From: Euglena gracilis
Taxonomy: Eukaryota
Assembly (NCBI GenBank): GCA_039621445.1
Contig: CP154954.1
Span: forward strand, 8,682,634-8,746,633
DNA: 64,000 bases
Direction of reading: 5' to 3'
Shown: one piece after another, positions 1 through 12,966 of the stretch
How positions within the stretch are numbered: position 1 is the first letter of the stretch
Layout of the letters: each line of letters opens with the position of its first letter
Position numbers and translations under genes: made by a program
The notes under the pieces: generated by a model
Seen by the model: the letters and a program-made list of their open reading frames with translations, nothing else
Told to the model about the DNA's origin: nothing
Databases searched by the model: none

Positions 1-284
1 TGTTAAAAAATCTGTTGACACGTGGACGAAAGAGTATCAAAATGATCACAATTCCTGGCAGAAGCACTGGACATATTCTGCCTCTTTGGATTTTTTTGTC
101 CTTTTCTTTGCCTGCTCCTTTTTCCATTTTTTTTTCACCACTTGATTGCCTTTTTTTCATTTTTCTGGTTAAATTTCAGATAAAAATATCGGTAAAGATT
201 TGCAATGTTTTCTCAGCTTTACTATGTTTGAACGCCTATCCGCAAAGGGATATTCTTTTGGTGACCTGACAAAGGCCTGGCCAA

Positions 285-335
285 GAGGAGAAGTGGTATG
301 AGTTGGTGGACCGGGTGACGTTCAAGTGGACACCT
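285..335 (+). CDS. Exon of unidentified gene X (EEKWYELVDRVTFKWTP)
   Basis: GC3-rich open frame preceded by CTG-N5. Followed by intron gtcCAGGCCGA...TTGGCCTGcgtgcc (336-672), which joins in frame to 673. Confidence 0.6.
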
Positions 336-672
336 GTCCAGGCCGAACACTTTCCATGGTTCCCATGTCGTGTGTTTCTTGGCACTTGTTTGGAGAGGAC
401 TCCCATTTGCTAATGAACCATTTGTATTTGAATCCTGTCCAGAAGTTTCCTATGAGAGGCGTTACGTGAAATTACAGCTTTCTGTGTTGCCCTTGAATAA
501 ATCCTCCAGTTTTTCACATTTTTCCGCCCACGGCCACCAAATTGTTTCCAGTTTCGGCCAAAGCCACCAATGCTTTCCAGCTTCGTTCTCTCCTCCTGCC
601 CACCAATTGCTAAACCTAAGGTTTCTTGTTTTCAAGTTTCGCCCATTCAACGGAGAGGTTGGCCTGCGTGCC

Positions 673-792
673 GAGCTTCAGGCCCAGCGCGAAAAGCTCC
701 TGGCGGAGGAGTTCGAGCGGCGGGAGGACGAGAAGCGCCAGCGCCGGCGCAAGGAGTGGGAGCGCCGCATGCTGGCCGAGATCCGGGCGATG
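673..792 (+). CDS. Exon of gene X, charged coiled-coil (ELQAQREKLLAEEFERREDEKRQRRRKEWERRMLAEIRAM); possibly near the C-terminus
   Basis: Strong GC3 codon bias. Next intron agccCAGGGCCC...GGGCTCCCTGgagagt (793-880) would place TAG (881-883) directly after Met. Confidence 0.65.
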
Positions 793-913
793 AGCCCAGG
801 GCCCGCCCCTCCCCCCCCATCTATCCCTTTGCGGCCAATGTCAGGGCGTCGCTTCAGCTGGAGTGGGCTCCCTGGAGAGTTAGGAGCGGTGACAGCCTTT
901 GGCATGCCTCGAC

Positions 914-1219
914 CAGGCTTGTGCTTAGTCGGGTGCCTACCCCACGGGGGGGGGGTGCTAGGGGCAGGCACCCCATAGCACCCGATCCGACCCCCCTCCC
1001 CAGGGGGGGGGTAGGGTTTTGGGGGGTGCCTGCCCCTAGCAGGCACCCCCCTCCGACCCCGGCGCAGAAGGCGCCGGGGGCCCAGAAAAGGCCATTTTCA
1101 ATGAAAATTTTCTGGGTCCCCCCCGGACCCCTATCCCCCCGGGGGGGGTGTGCCTGCTAGGGGCAGGCACCCTATAGCACCCACCCCCCCCTCCCCCCCG
1201 GTTGGTAAGCACAAGCATG
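914..1219. mobile_element. hAT-like MITE, family A (TIR CAGGCTTGTGCTTA/TAAGCACAAGCATG, 8-bp TSD GCCTCGAC)
   Basis: TSD at 906-913 and 1220-1227; 13/14 TIR match; second copy at 5989. Confidence 0.9.
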
Positions 1220-1347
1220 GCCTCGACCCTCCCTCCTGCATCGATGGGTGTTGGAGGTGAAGGGTGGCCGGATTGTGACAGGTGTTTGCAAAACGACAGA
1301 AATGGGCCAATTGTGGCTCTGTAATATTAATATTAATATAATATTAA

Positions 1348-1407
<60 letters not shown>

Positions 1408-1417
1408 CATATACATA

Positions 1418-1632
1418 TGGCGGGGGTGAACTTGTGGCCCCCCCCCTACACCCCCTTTATTTGAAGGAGTGCGCTTGCGCTAATTGGCTATGTTGCGCTA
1501 ACTGGCTATGTTGCGCAACCTGGCTACGTTGCGCAACGTAGCCAGGTAGCGCAAATTGGCATGTGCGCACCTAACCCTACTCCTTCAAATAAGGGGGGTG
1601 TAGGGGGGGGGCCCACAAGTTCACCCCCGCCA
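1418..1632. mobile_element. Foldback MITE with ~50-bp TIRs (TGGCGGGGGTGAACTTGTGG...) in a (TA)n/(TACA)n tract
   Basis: Long inverted arms, flanking TA, central palindrome CTGGCTACGTTGCGCAACGTAGCCAG at 1520-1545. Confidence 0.8.
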
Positions 1633-4600
1633 TACATATATATATATATATGTATATACATACATACATATATATACATATATATATATAATATTAATAA
1701 TATTAATTTCGGGAACCCATAGGGGGGGGTCAGCCCACGGACGTTTTCCAGCCCGCCCAAAGTTTTCCAGTCCCTGAGCTGGAAGTCCCCCGAAGGATTT
1801 CTAAGCCTGCACGGCACTGCCCCCAAGCTGGCGTCGGCGGTGACGGCCCCTGCCCCCACCAGGCCTCGCAGCCGCTGGCGGGGGCCCCGGACGGGAAGGG
1901 GGAGGCCACTGCTGACGCCTGAACCCCGCTCCCCCGCTGCCCCGACCCGCGGCACTCCGCTCCCGGCGCCCCCCACCGTGACCCCGGGGGCCCGCGCTGC
2001 TGACTCTCACCCCGCCGCACCCCCGCGTTCCAGCACCGCCTCTGTGTGCACAGAGTCTTACAGGCCAGCTCGCAGCTGTGTGCGGCCTGTAAAAGGGGCC
2101 TTTGGCTATCTGCCCAGCGTGGTCTGAGGATTTTTCTTTGGAGTGTATTCTTCATCAAATTCCTCAAAAATCCGGTGTTCATTTTGCCCCCCCCCCCGGG
2201 ATTTCGGGTTTCGAGGTGGGAATGCTGCTAGTGCATCCCCACACCCCGAAAACAGTGGGGGGGCACCAAGGAGTACGTGAGTAGGTCAAGCCCAGCTGGA
2301 TAAAGATTGGCTCTCCTCCCTTGAGTGTCTGCCTGCTAGTTGCAGGTACATTAGAGTAGAAACCCTCTCAGGATCGGTAAGAAGATGAGTGCTATCATAA
2401 TAGGCTTTTCTTGCCAGATGCGATATTTAAATGATCACAAGTCTGTGTTGTGTGGCTTTTATCATAGAATTTGGAGGGAATAATAATAGGGTGATCGTGG
2501 TTGCCCCTCATCACATCTCTGATTCAACCCTCGATATGATTGAGAAGGCCAAGTGGATTCGCAAAGGTGCCTCAAGGAAAGACACCACCGCCCAAAATTT
2601 GCATCCAATTTCCCTTTTGTTTCGGCAACAGTGCAAATTCCACGTCTGCACCTAAATCTTTGAGTTTGGTGGGCCTGTTTCTCAGCAATTTTCCTCCTTT
2701 AAACAAGTCATGAAAAGCATGAAAAAGGGGGGCGATTGGGGACATGCCAAGTTGCTGCTTGTACGCCATGTATGACGCTGAACCACTTTGCTGCCACATC
2801 ATTGGAGATGCAAAAGGCATGGGTGGGGGGCCAACCCTGTGGAAAAAGAACAGAACACAACAAACTACCTGGATCCCGGTTTCTCCTAAACACAAAAACT
2901 GCCCTTGTGGATGTCTTTTCTGTCTGTTAAACCCTGCTTTTTACGTGTGTTCCAATTTCTGCATTTCGTTTTGTCTGGTTTCACATCCTCCATAGGACGG
3001 GACGAGGACACTGTTTGCCGGGCGTCACGGAATCCGACAGGTGCTGTACCGTTCCCCACAGCCCTGCTGTGCCCCCAAAACATATGTTTGTTCTCTGTAC
3101 GCTCGGCATCGGGCTCTCTTTCGGTGCCTGCATCGGACTGCTGGTTGGCCAGGGCTGTCGGAAACCCTGTGGACGGGGGGGGGGCGCCCACCCTGGGGGG
3201 GGTTTTGCCCCCCCCCAAACCCTCCTTCCCGCTTATCCTGCACCGCCGGTTTTCCGCTTTTCTTTCAGCACCAAAGAACTTTTCATTTCGACCTGGTGGG
3301 TGGGCTGTCCACCACCAGTGTTTTTTTCCTCAAGGTTGGTGATCCTGTGGGGGTCCTGCTCCCCTCCATACGGCCACATGGTCACGTAGATTGGTATCCC
3401 CAAAGGATTTCCCTCTTTTCGGCGTGAAGTGTATTTTTTGAATATTTTTTGAATGTCTTTGTATCCAAGAGATTGCCTGATAATCCCCGCCCCCCCCCTC
3501 TCAATTTGGCCCCTCCCCGGGTCGCAAAGAACCTCTGTCCCCACCCAAACTTCCCGACCGGCACAGCCCTGTGGTCGGCGCCCGCCTCGCCGGGAACACT
3601 TACACTGCCCAGGCGCGCGGCACAGCGCCACAGCCCTTCCGCTTCAGTTCCCTGGCAGAAGGTTGGGGTTTGGCCAGGCACAGGTTGCATCTTGAGGAGT
3701 TGCGTTTCTCCCAGGCGACGGCAATGCATCGTTGTTGGTGCTAACACCTGGTTCCAATGTGTTCATACACATGTATGTGTGTAGGTATGTTAATAATTGG
3801 CTTAGTGAATGCAGCCCAGTTTGTTTGTGTTTTTTGTTGTGCGTGTAAACCCCACTTATTACCCCCAGGGTATCCTGTTTGCCGGTCGGCCCCCAGGGGG
3901 TTACAAGTGGGGGAGTTGTAAGTCAAGGCAGTGTGTGGTACCGGAAGAGGTCCACAAACACCCCCTTTCTATTTATTTCTCACCAAGGGGTAACAATACG
4001 TTGGCAGTTTTATGGGTTTTTGCCAAAACCTCATAAGTTAGCATGCCCACCACACCTGTTGTTTTGACACACCATTTGATTTTTGGCACATTTTTGCCTC
4101 TTGCTTCTTTATGGTCCTTCCCTCTGTTGTGGTTGGGCCTAAAGGGGAAGTGCAGGGGGTTAAAAATGGGGGTTTCACTCCATAAATGAAAGGCCCAAGG
4201 CTTTGCAACCTTCTGTGAGGAAATGGAGGACGGCTTAAAACTGTTTGCATTATCAACCCTCCCCACGGGGGTTGCCAAAGGCCCCCTACAGTAACCAAAG
4301 TGGGGAAGGTCTGGCCTCCTGGAAGTATCGAAAAATTCGATAAATCCTGCCCAGACAGCTGGACAGCCGGGGGGGGGGGCATTTTGATGCCCCCATGGTC
4401 ATGTTTTTTTGGGGGTGTTTTAGGGCAGAGAATTTCCCATCCAGGCTTTTTTATTTCTCATTATCCTGAACCACACATCAAAATGCAAAACCTTCCCTAT
4501 CTCTTTCTTTTCCTCGTCCAATTCCAAAGGATGCTTCTCACTGCGTTTGAATGTGGGCCAAATAAACCCCTTGGTCATTCACCAAAGGTCATTCTGCACA

Positions 4601-4742
4601 CCCGGAGCAAAATGTAGTTCGCACAAAGTAGTGTCTGTGCAACTCTGTTTTTTCTGTATATATACATGTTGTGTTTCTTTGTTTTGTGTGAGCTCTTACA
4701 CCCCCCTCCCCACAGACACAAGCACATATGTGCGCGCGAACA

Positions 4743-4779
<37 letters not shown>

Positions 4780-5387
4780 AATCACCTACCCACCCACACA
4801 TGCACGTACACACATGCACGCCCAACAGACACACACACACACACACACACACACGCACGCACAACACACTCCCGCACCCACACCCACAAACGCACCCACC
4901 CACCCACCCACCCACAGACATGTGCATGCATTACGTTCAGGGAATTTCTTTAGCTGGACCCCAATCTTCCCCCAGGGGGGTCCAGCCAGCCAGAACCTTC
5001 TTTCCAGTCTGCTGGTCCTCCCCACCAGGGGTCGAGTGGTAATTATTTTTTTTTTGCAGCCCAGCAAATCCGGGCGAAATTTTTGGGGCAAGGCACTGAC
5101 AGTTGGGAAAAGGGAGGGGGGGTCGAAAATGGCGGAAAACGGCCATTGCTGGAAGTTTTTTTGGGGGCGGGGAGGTCTCATGCTTTCGGGTGAGAAAAAT
5201 CCAACAATTGCTTTGGGGAACCCCTATGGGGGGGGTCCAGCGGCTGGCTGCAAAAAGGTGCTGGCTGGACCACCCCCTTTCGTTGCCTTGCCTTGTATTG
5301 TGTTGTGTTGTGTTGCTTGTGGCTGGGTGAGGGCGCGTGAGGAGTTGTGGGTGGCTGTTTGCGGGTGGGTGGGTGTGGGTGGGTGTC

Positions 5388-5455
<68 letters not shown>

Positions 5456-5644
5456 TGAGTGTGTGTGGGTGGGTGTGGGTGTGCACGCTGCAGGCTTGCA
5501 TTGGTTTTTGTGAGTTTGTGCAGAGGTATGATGGTATGTGTTTGCGTAACTGTTGTGTCGGAGTTGCGTAATTTGTTTGCGCGGCTGACTGTATGAGTTG
5601 GACCAATGACCGCATCCGCTGGGTGTGGCCGGCAGCCTGTCAGC

Positions 5645-5773
5645 GGCGCACGGTTTTCCGGCCTCCGCAGCTCCGAGGCGGCAGGTGGCGTGCTAGGAGC
5701 GCTCCTCGGCGCCGCCATCGGATTCACCCTGGCCATGGTGGCCGTGTGGTGCCCGGGCTGCGATGAAGCTACG
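5645..5773 (+). CDS. Probable exon (GARFSGLRSSEAAGGVLGALLGAAIGFTLAMVAVWCPGCDEAT); gene unassigned, possibly midasin N-terminal region
   Basis: GC3-rich frame preceded by CTGtcagc| (CTG at -8..-6); splice partners not resolved. Confidence 0.4.
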
Positions 5774-5988
5774 CGCCCCCGCCCCAGATACACCACAAGC
5801 ACCCCCCCCCCCTGACACAGGCTGGCAAATTTCATAATCCCCGGTCACACCTACAATTCACAGCACACGAGGAAAATTGAGCCGTGGGAACTCCAAACAA
5901 AAAAGCCAACCAAACGGACATTGTGTGCAGTCCAGCCGAAGCAGGTTCTGGTGAAGCGTTTTTTTGTTGTCAGTTTTGCACTCTAAAC

Positions 5989-6382
5989 CAGATTTGTGCT
6001 TAGTCGGGTACCTACCCCACGGGGCGGGAGGTGCTAGGGGCATCCGACCCCCCCCCCGGGGCACCCCCCTCCGACCCCGGCGCTGAAGGCGCCTGGGGCC
6101 CGGAAAAGGCCATTTTCAATGAAAAAATTTGGGTCCCCCCAGACCCCCGGGGGGGGGGGGGTGCCTGCTAGGGGCAGGCACCCTATGGTGGTGAAGTTTC
6201 TATTAAATATTATCAATAAAAATTGATTATGAAGACTAAAATACTAAATAAGTTCACTTATAATTGATTTATGATTGGGGGGTGAATTAGCCCTCGGTTT
6301 ATTGTTTTAAAGGGTTCATCCTTTGGGAAAGAAGTTTAGAGCATGCTTGTGCTTACCGACCGGGGGGGAGGGGGGGTGGGTG
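5989..6382. mobile_element. Second family-A MITE with its right end inverted
   Basis: Left TSD CTCTAAAC (5981-5988) plus TIR. Right TIR and TSD occur reverse-complemented at 6334-6357 (GTTTAGAG CATGCTTGTGCTTACC). Confidence 0.75.
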
Positions 6383-7713
6383 GGTACCCTTCACCTGGAG
6401 CGGTGAACAATGTTTGGGAGAGCTGAGAAAGATGAGCTCATTTGGTTGAAGACTGGAACCCCCCGGCCGAATTGTTGTACAAGTGCGCAATGAGAGTTCG
6501 TTGAGGCCCCCAAAAAAAAGTTTTGCCCCCTCCCCAAATTTAGACCCCCCCCCGAGGATCGTGAAATCCTGCCAAAATGTATACATTACGCGTCGTATGT
6601 ATGAAGTGCACACAGAAACTGTCTTGGGTTGGCGATTGGTTAAGCATCAAACGATTATGTAGTATCGCTGCAGGAGGCGGCAATGTTCTTATTGCGGGGT
6701 GTGGAGAAAATGCGGGGTGTGGAGAAAAATGTGCGTGTTACATTGTGTCCCTTTCAGCTTTTTTTGTTTTTTTTGTGAAACACATTTTTTTTTGTTTTAG
6801 AATGATGGAATTCTAAAACATTTTTTTAAGTTTTTTTTGATTAATAAATGCATCGGCAGACTTGGGCGTTATAGGCTTATGGCTGTATGTGTATGTATTT
6901 TTGGGCTGTCTACCCCCCCCCGCAAATATATTTTCCTTGACATTCCAGGAGGGCCCCAAAGCCTTCACCACTTGAATTCCTACAAATCTGGGACCCAACC
7001 CCCCCCCCCCCAGGCTTATTGCCCTCCCCAGCTCGCTGCCCCCCCTGGACTTTTGGTGTCAACATGCCCCCCACCCACTCCCCCTTTAAGGTAGTCGGCT
7101 TGGCGGCTCATTGCCCCCCCCCACCTGAGCCGTTGGATCCGTTGGACCCTAAGTTGGTCCCCCGGCCTGTTTGGGCCAACGTGGCTCGGGGGGGGGGGGG
7201 TAGGTGCCCCCCACCTGGAAACTGTCCTCCCGGGGAACTGTTCTGTACCCGCTGACCTGTCCTCATAGGGACCTGTCTCCTACCCTTTTACCCGCTGACC
7301 TGTCTCCTAAGAAAAATTTGAAAATTTTCACTTTTTTTTGTTTCCAGGGCTGAAAGAATTCCGACGTTTTTTCAGGTTTCTGGTTACAAATTTGTGATTA
7401 TCGATGCTTTTCCAGGATTTTTCGTCACTTATTTTTATGAACTTTCTTGTCGCAGTGTCTCATTTACGGGTTGACCAACGGTTACACAAAGCAATGGATT
7501 GCGGGAACTGCCTCACAGGGGACTACCTTCAAAGTTAAAAGTCGATGGAGCAGTTGTTGGAGAAAACACGCCTCCGAACGAAAGCAGGGAAAGTGTCCCC
7601 GACCCTCTGCACACGCTGAATTGCCGTCATAGGCAACTTTTGATTTGATTTGGAACTGCTGGTTTGCTTGGAGACAGTTTCCCGGTGGGGGGGCTGGGAG
7701 GGGCAGGTACCTA

Positions 7714-7874
7714 CCCCCCCCCCCTGGGAAACTGTCGTGCCCGAGAACCTGTCAGGGTCCCGCCCGGGAAACTGTCAGGGTCCCCGGTACCGGCCAACCT
7801 GTCAGTATAGGAAGTTGTCAGGGTACCCGGTACTGGCCAACCTGTCAGGTGACAGTTTCCCGGTGGGGGGGGGG
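7714..7874. mobile_element. TA-flanked MITE, family B (C-run GGGAAACTGTC...GACAGTTTCCC G-run; internal ACCTGTCAGG repeats)
   Basis: TIRs with TA on both sides. Relatives at 47841-47960 and 48161-48532; fragments near 7200, 10910, 44440 and 48870. Confidence 0.75.
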
Positions 7875-10800
7875 TAGTGGGCCAGTCATGAAAGCAGCCT
7901 GCCTGGGACGGACAGTGCCACCGGGTCCACCGCGGCACCCCAGCACCGGGCACCGACGCACGTCCCGTAGTGACGTCGCCCGACTGAACCCGCGAAGTCG
8001 ATTCCATCTGTGTCGATTCTCTGTCCATCTCTGTCGATTCCTTCTGTGCGGTCCGTCTACTCCGTGTACATTGTACACACTGGCACCTGTTACCGAGCTT
8101 CTTGTCGCATCGGCCAAAGGGTGGAAAGGGGTCCAGCAAGCACTCTTGTTTTCCAGCCGCCAGTCTTATCCTAGTCTGCCTTGTGTGATCCAGGTTTTTA
8201 AGGAAGTGCGCACCCCCTGGTGGGGGTGCTATGGGCAGCAGGGGCACATTCGACCCCCCCCCCCGCTTCATAGCACACCCCCCAACGCCGAAGGCACCAG
8301 GACCTGAAAATGGTTATTTTCAGGGACATTTGTCTTGATCGGGCACTGGGCTAAAATCGATCCCCATGGGGGGGGGGTGCCTGCTATGGGCAGACACCCC
8401 ATACAAGGCACTCCCCCAGGGTTGGTTAAAAGAAGCCTGGTGGGATCCCCCCCCCAAGGGTCAATGGTATCGGCCCAAAAAAAAGTTCCGGCCGAAAATA
8501 TGCCGAAAGTGCGCGAAGTGCCAAAGAACTTTGGGGAAAGCGTCCAACAGAATCCAAGTCCTTGGGTGGGGTTGATTTTTGTTTTGGCGGAAGAGTTGCC
8601 GCCGGACTGGATTTGGGCTGCTGGTCCCAGCCCGGCCGGCGACCCCCCCCCTCGACCCAGCCCACGGACGTCCACCTGCATCCTTCCAGCCAGTCAATGC
8701 CCTCCGGCACTCCAACCCCGGCTTGTTTTGGGACAAAGTTTTGTCGGCCAACCCACTCCCCTGAAATCGAGATATTGTGTGCGCACATGCCCCCAGGGCA
8801 CTGTGACTCCAAGGTTTGATTTAGGGCGGCGTCCAGCTCCCACCCCACAGACCGGGGGCAGGGGTGCTCCTCTCCAAAATGAAACCCCCCAACATCAATT
8901 TCCTCCTTGCACCATTAGTGCACGGATCATTCCATCGTGGACAAAGTTTGCCCTCAAGAAAGTGCCAGTACGCTTGTTTTTGGCTGAATTGAGTGGGGAG
9001 GTTTGCTGGCCCTGCTGATTTGGCCATCGACCACTGTTCAGGTGTGTGTTCAGGTGCTCCCCCTTCCCTTGTCCCTGTCGAACCCCCCCCCCCCGCCATG
9101 CCAAACTGGGCTGAAGTCAAGTCAGGTGCACTCACCTGGGGGGGGGGCAAACATATTTTTGGCGACGAGAACGGAAGCTCCAGCTTCATAAGTCCGGACC
9201 GGCACTCCTTCTCCCCTGCACCCCATCCCTCCTTCCCTCCCCAGTGAGGCCTCCCCTTGTCCCCTTAGAGGACGTGGGTCGGAGTGCCCAACTCGGCATC
9301 CACACCAAACACGCCTGCAGAGCATCACCAGGCCATGTCCAACACATGCAGCTGTGATTCCTCGTAACATGATAGCGTTAAAAAAGTCTTCATAAGTTTA
9401 TTTATATTGGGCATCACACGCTACACTACGTGCGGAAACAACATCTAACAGCCGTCTTCCTTGTCTTGGACTGCAGTGTCTTCAACACGCCATTCCTGCA
9501 CCCCTGAAAAGCAGCTTTCTCCCCTCAGCCAAGCAGCCTTTTTTCTTGGACCCAATGAATTTTGGTCAATTTCTCATGAAAACCAAACCCCTCGGCAGGT
9601 GCCTGCTAGGGGCAGCAGTCCCTTGCGCCAGACACACCCCTGGGGAGGTTGTTAAAACAAAGCCTGGTCGCCCAGTTGTGGTGTGCTGTGCCGCGGCAAA
9701 AATTGGATTGTGCGCCGCGTGCGCCGCGGGAAAAAGATTTTTGCTCCGCAGCAAACTTCGCCGCGGTGCATTAAATGAAAGTCTGGTCGCATGGCCTCCG
9801 GGGCGTCCCCCTCCCCCCATTCACCACCCCTTGCGCCAAACCGATTGACACCCATTTTTGAGCAACCCCTGGTACTTTGCAGGAAGCCGGGGAAGCCCTC
9901 AAAACCAAGCAGCCAGGCAATCAGACCACCCGAGTTCAGGACTTTCATGTATTTGTCTGGTTCATGCCAAGCTGCTGGTGAGGTAAACACATTGTGCTCC
10001 AACGTGCACAACCTCCTTCTTCGTTGAAACAAAAGACACTTTTTTGTTGATTGGTTGACCTAAATGTGAGCCTGATCGATTATGGTGATTGATGATCATG
10101 CCCCCCCCCCCCCGCCGCGATGTTTGGCATACCTGGAAACTGTCAGGGTTCCCGGTATGTCAGCCAACGGTTTTCTTTACGGAGGGGGGGGGTCGTCGTT
10201 TGTGTGGTCAGCAGTTGCATGGGAGCCGTGCACCCCCCCCGCTGCCCTCGGCCTGCCCATCCCTAATCTATAGTGGTTGCCCCAGGGTACGATATAAGAG
10301 GAAGGTTCCATTGGGGGCTCCGGGTTCATCTCGGGTTCCCCTCGACCAAAGGAGAGGAGTCCAGAACCACCCAACAAGGAGTTCTGAACGTCCCAGCCCG
10401 ATAGGGCAGGGGGTCCCCACCCACTTAACAAGTGGTTGGGGACGTCCCAGGGTAATTAACTGATTTTTTCTTGTGACGGTACTACACATTACCAAGGCAT
10501 TACCTGGCTTTTTATTCAAGTGAGATGGTGTGCTGCCAAAACGCCTACTGTTTCAACGACAATACTTGAAAATGGCTGTGCCTCGGACGGTGGAGAATTG
10601 CTTTTTTTGGTGTTTTGAAAAAACTCTGCCCCCAAAAATAACGGTCTATTTCTCAGCCCAAATTTCTTCCTTTGCATCAAACGCCAAAAGAAGGTCACTT
10701 TTGGCCGCCCCACCCCACCCTTCCCTGGCCGCGTGGGGGGGGGGCAAAGTTAAAAAAAAACCCCGTTGGGCAACAAAGGACACCGAACTGAAATATTATG

Positions 10801-12773
10801 CGGGTTGATTGTTTTTTTTCCCCCTCCAATTGTATTTCCGATCAGCAAAACAACAACCGACTCATCACCAGCAACCACAATTCATCCGAGGACAACAACA
10901 GGGTCCCCCCCCCCGGGAAACTGTCAGGGTCCCATACCGGCCAACCTGTCAAGGTTCCTGGTGTCGGTAACAGACTCCTGTGGGTTCCATTAGTCACACC
11001 CGGGGTGGGGGGTCAGACCAGTCCCGCCCGGTCTTATGTCAAACCCTGGCCCGACTGCTCCCCTCCGGCCTCCGAAGCAGTCCGTCCGGCTGCGTGTTCG
11101 GGGATGGCTCCGCCCAGGCGGCCCCTGCCCCAAAGGTGGCCTTGCCAGGGGAAGGGCCGGGCATCTGCTTCTTCGTCCCCCCAATTCTCCGCTGCCGGCG
11201 GTGGGGAGGGGGCATGAATGTCCGCCAAATCTTCCGCAATTTTCCCGCAACTGAAACAAAATTCCCTCCAATTCTCCCGCAATTTCCCGCAATTTTCCAC
11301 AATTTTCCCGCAATTGAAACGTTTTTGCGCAATTTGGCGCAGTTCCTCTGAAGGCCTAGATATTGAACCAGGTTTTGAATAGTGCTGAGCTCTTAATGGG
11401 ACTTGCACGTAATAGACGGACGAAAAGACAAGCATTTTCGGCTCAAAACCGTTTTTCCGGAATCCAGGAGGCCAAATAGCATGGTTTCAGGCAATTTTTC
11501 TTCTATTTTCTTGACCTTCTTTGACCATTTTTGAACCAAAATCCATGGGTTTTGGGTCAAAAACGGGGTGCCAGGGGGGGGGTCAAAAAAACCCGCTAAT
11601 TTTGAGCTCGAAAACCGTTTTCCCGGGTCCGGGAGGCCAAAATTGTTTTCAACCTTTTTGACCCCCAAAATGGCCAAAAACGGCAAAGTCAAAACAGGCC
11701 AAAATTGTACAAAATTGCTTAAATTAGCCGAAAAAATGGCCGTAACTCGGGCTGGGCGGGAAGTTGCGGGAAATCAAAATACTGTTGGATAGGGTATTGT
11801 AAGGGCTTCAATTTAGTTCTCCGGACATTTCCTTTTATTTTGCTTCACTTTTGAGATATTTTGGAAACATTGATTTTTTGACCCCGAATACAGCCCTAAT
11901 CGCCCCTGAAATGAGCCAAAGTTGACCAAAAATGGCCATAACTCAGGCTACACGAAGAGTTGGGGGAAAAGTAAAGCATGGTTGCATAGGGCATCCCAAG
12001 GCCATTCCAAGGGCTTCACTTTTTGGTCTCCGGACATTTTCTTTGATTTTTTTTGGAAAAATCGATTTTTTGAGCGAAAAAAAACGGCCCAAAAAAACAC
12101 CCCAAAATGACCGTTTTGGGCCACAGAATCGTGCTGGAACACGGGCCAGGCATGTCGGCGGCCAAAACGACGAACGGGGGGTGATAGAGGGCCTCTGGGG
12201 CTACATTTCGTCAGTGGGCCACTTCCGGAAATAATGTACGTTTTATCGAGATATTTTCGAAAAATTGATTTTTTGACCAATGTTTGGACCCCAGCGAAAT
12301 GGCAGAGTCGGAGGGGGGGGGTGCGGCTAATCTAACCCAGTTGGACCTTTCGCGGGTGAATAGCTTGGGCCAGGCGGGGAGTTGGGGGTCAAACGGAGGT
12401 TATTCGGTCAAACGGTGATTCGGAAACCAGAAATCCAGTCACTCGTGACTGAAAAAAAGAATTCCGGGAACCGGGCCGGGATCATGGTGATAATCTGTGG
12501 TTTTCACGGTCTACCCACGGGTGGTGGGGGGGGGAGGGGTTTCCACAGTGATAGCTTCGCTCTTACCCATAAAGAGATAAAAGCTCAGCTACCCCACACA
12601 TCACACCGAAACCAGACAGCTACACCACGCATCACACCGCAACTCGTGTTTCAGGAAGGGCCCCACCCTCTGGGCCTTGAACGCTGGAGTCAGAAGCCCT
12701 CTGTGTCCGCTCCCCGTCGGCCCCATCCACCATATCACAAGGTCTCCTGGGGAACACCCGCCTGTACGACCAG

Positions 12774-12966
12774 CAGAGATTTTTTCTTGAAAGGTTGGTG
12801 ACCCTTGGGAGGGGGTTTGGGTGCCGTTGGGTACACCAAAAGGGGGTTTGTTTGCAAAAATTTTTTACAGGTTAAACATTTTTAGACCCAACGTGATCCC
12901 AAAAGTTCTTCCCCCCCCCATCTATGGGTGTGGCACCCCTCCTGGTTGCTTAAAAAAAATTCTCTG
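12774..12966. mobile_element. Degenerate CAG...CTG element (MITE or nonconventional intron)
   Basis: Imperfect TIR CAGAGATTTTTT/AAAAAATTCTCTG; 6/8 direct repeat ACGACCAG/ACGAGCGG. Confidence 0.5.

Noticed and set aside
4740-5480. His/Thr- and Cys/Val-rich ORFs; apparent large inverted repeat
   Set aside because: (CA)n and (TG)n microsatellites; no coding bias or defined termini.
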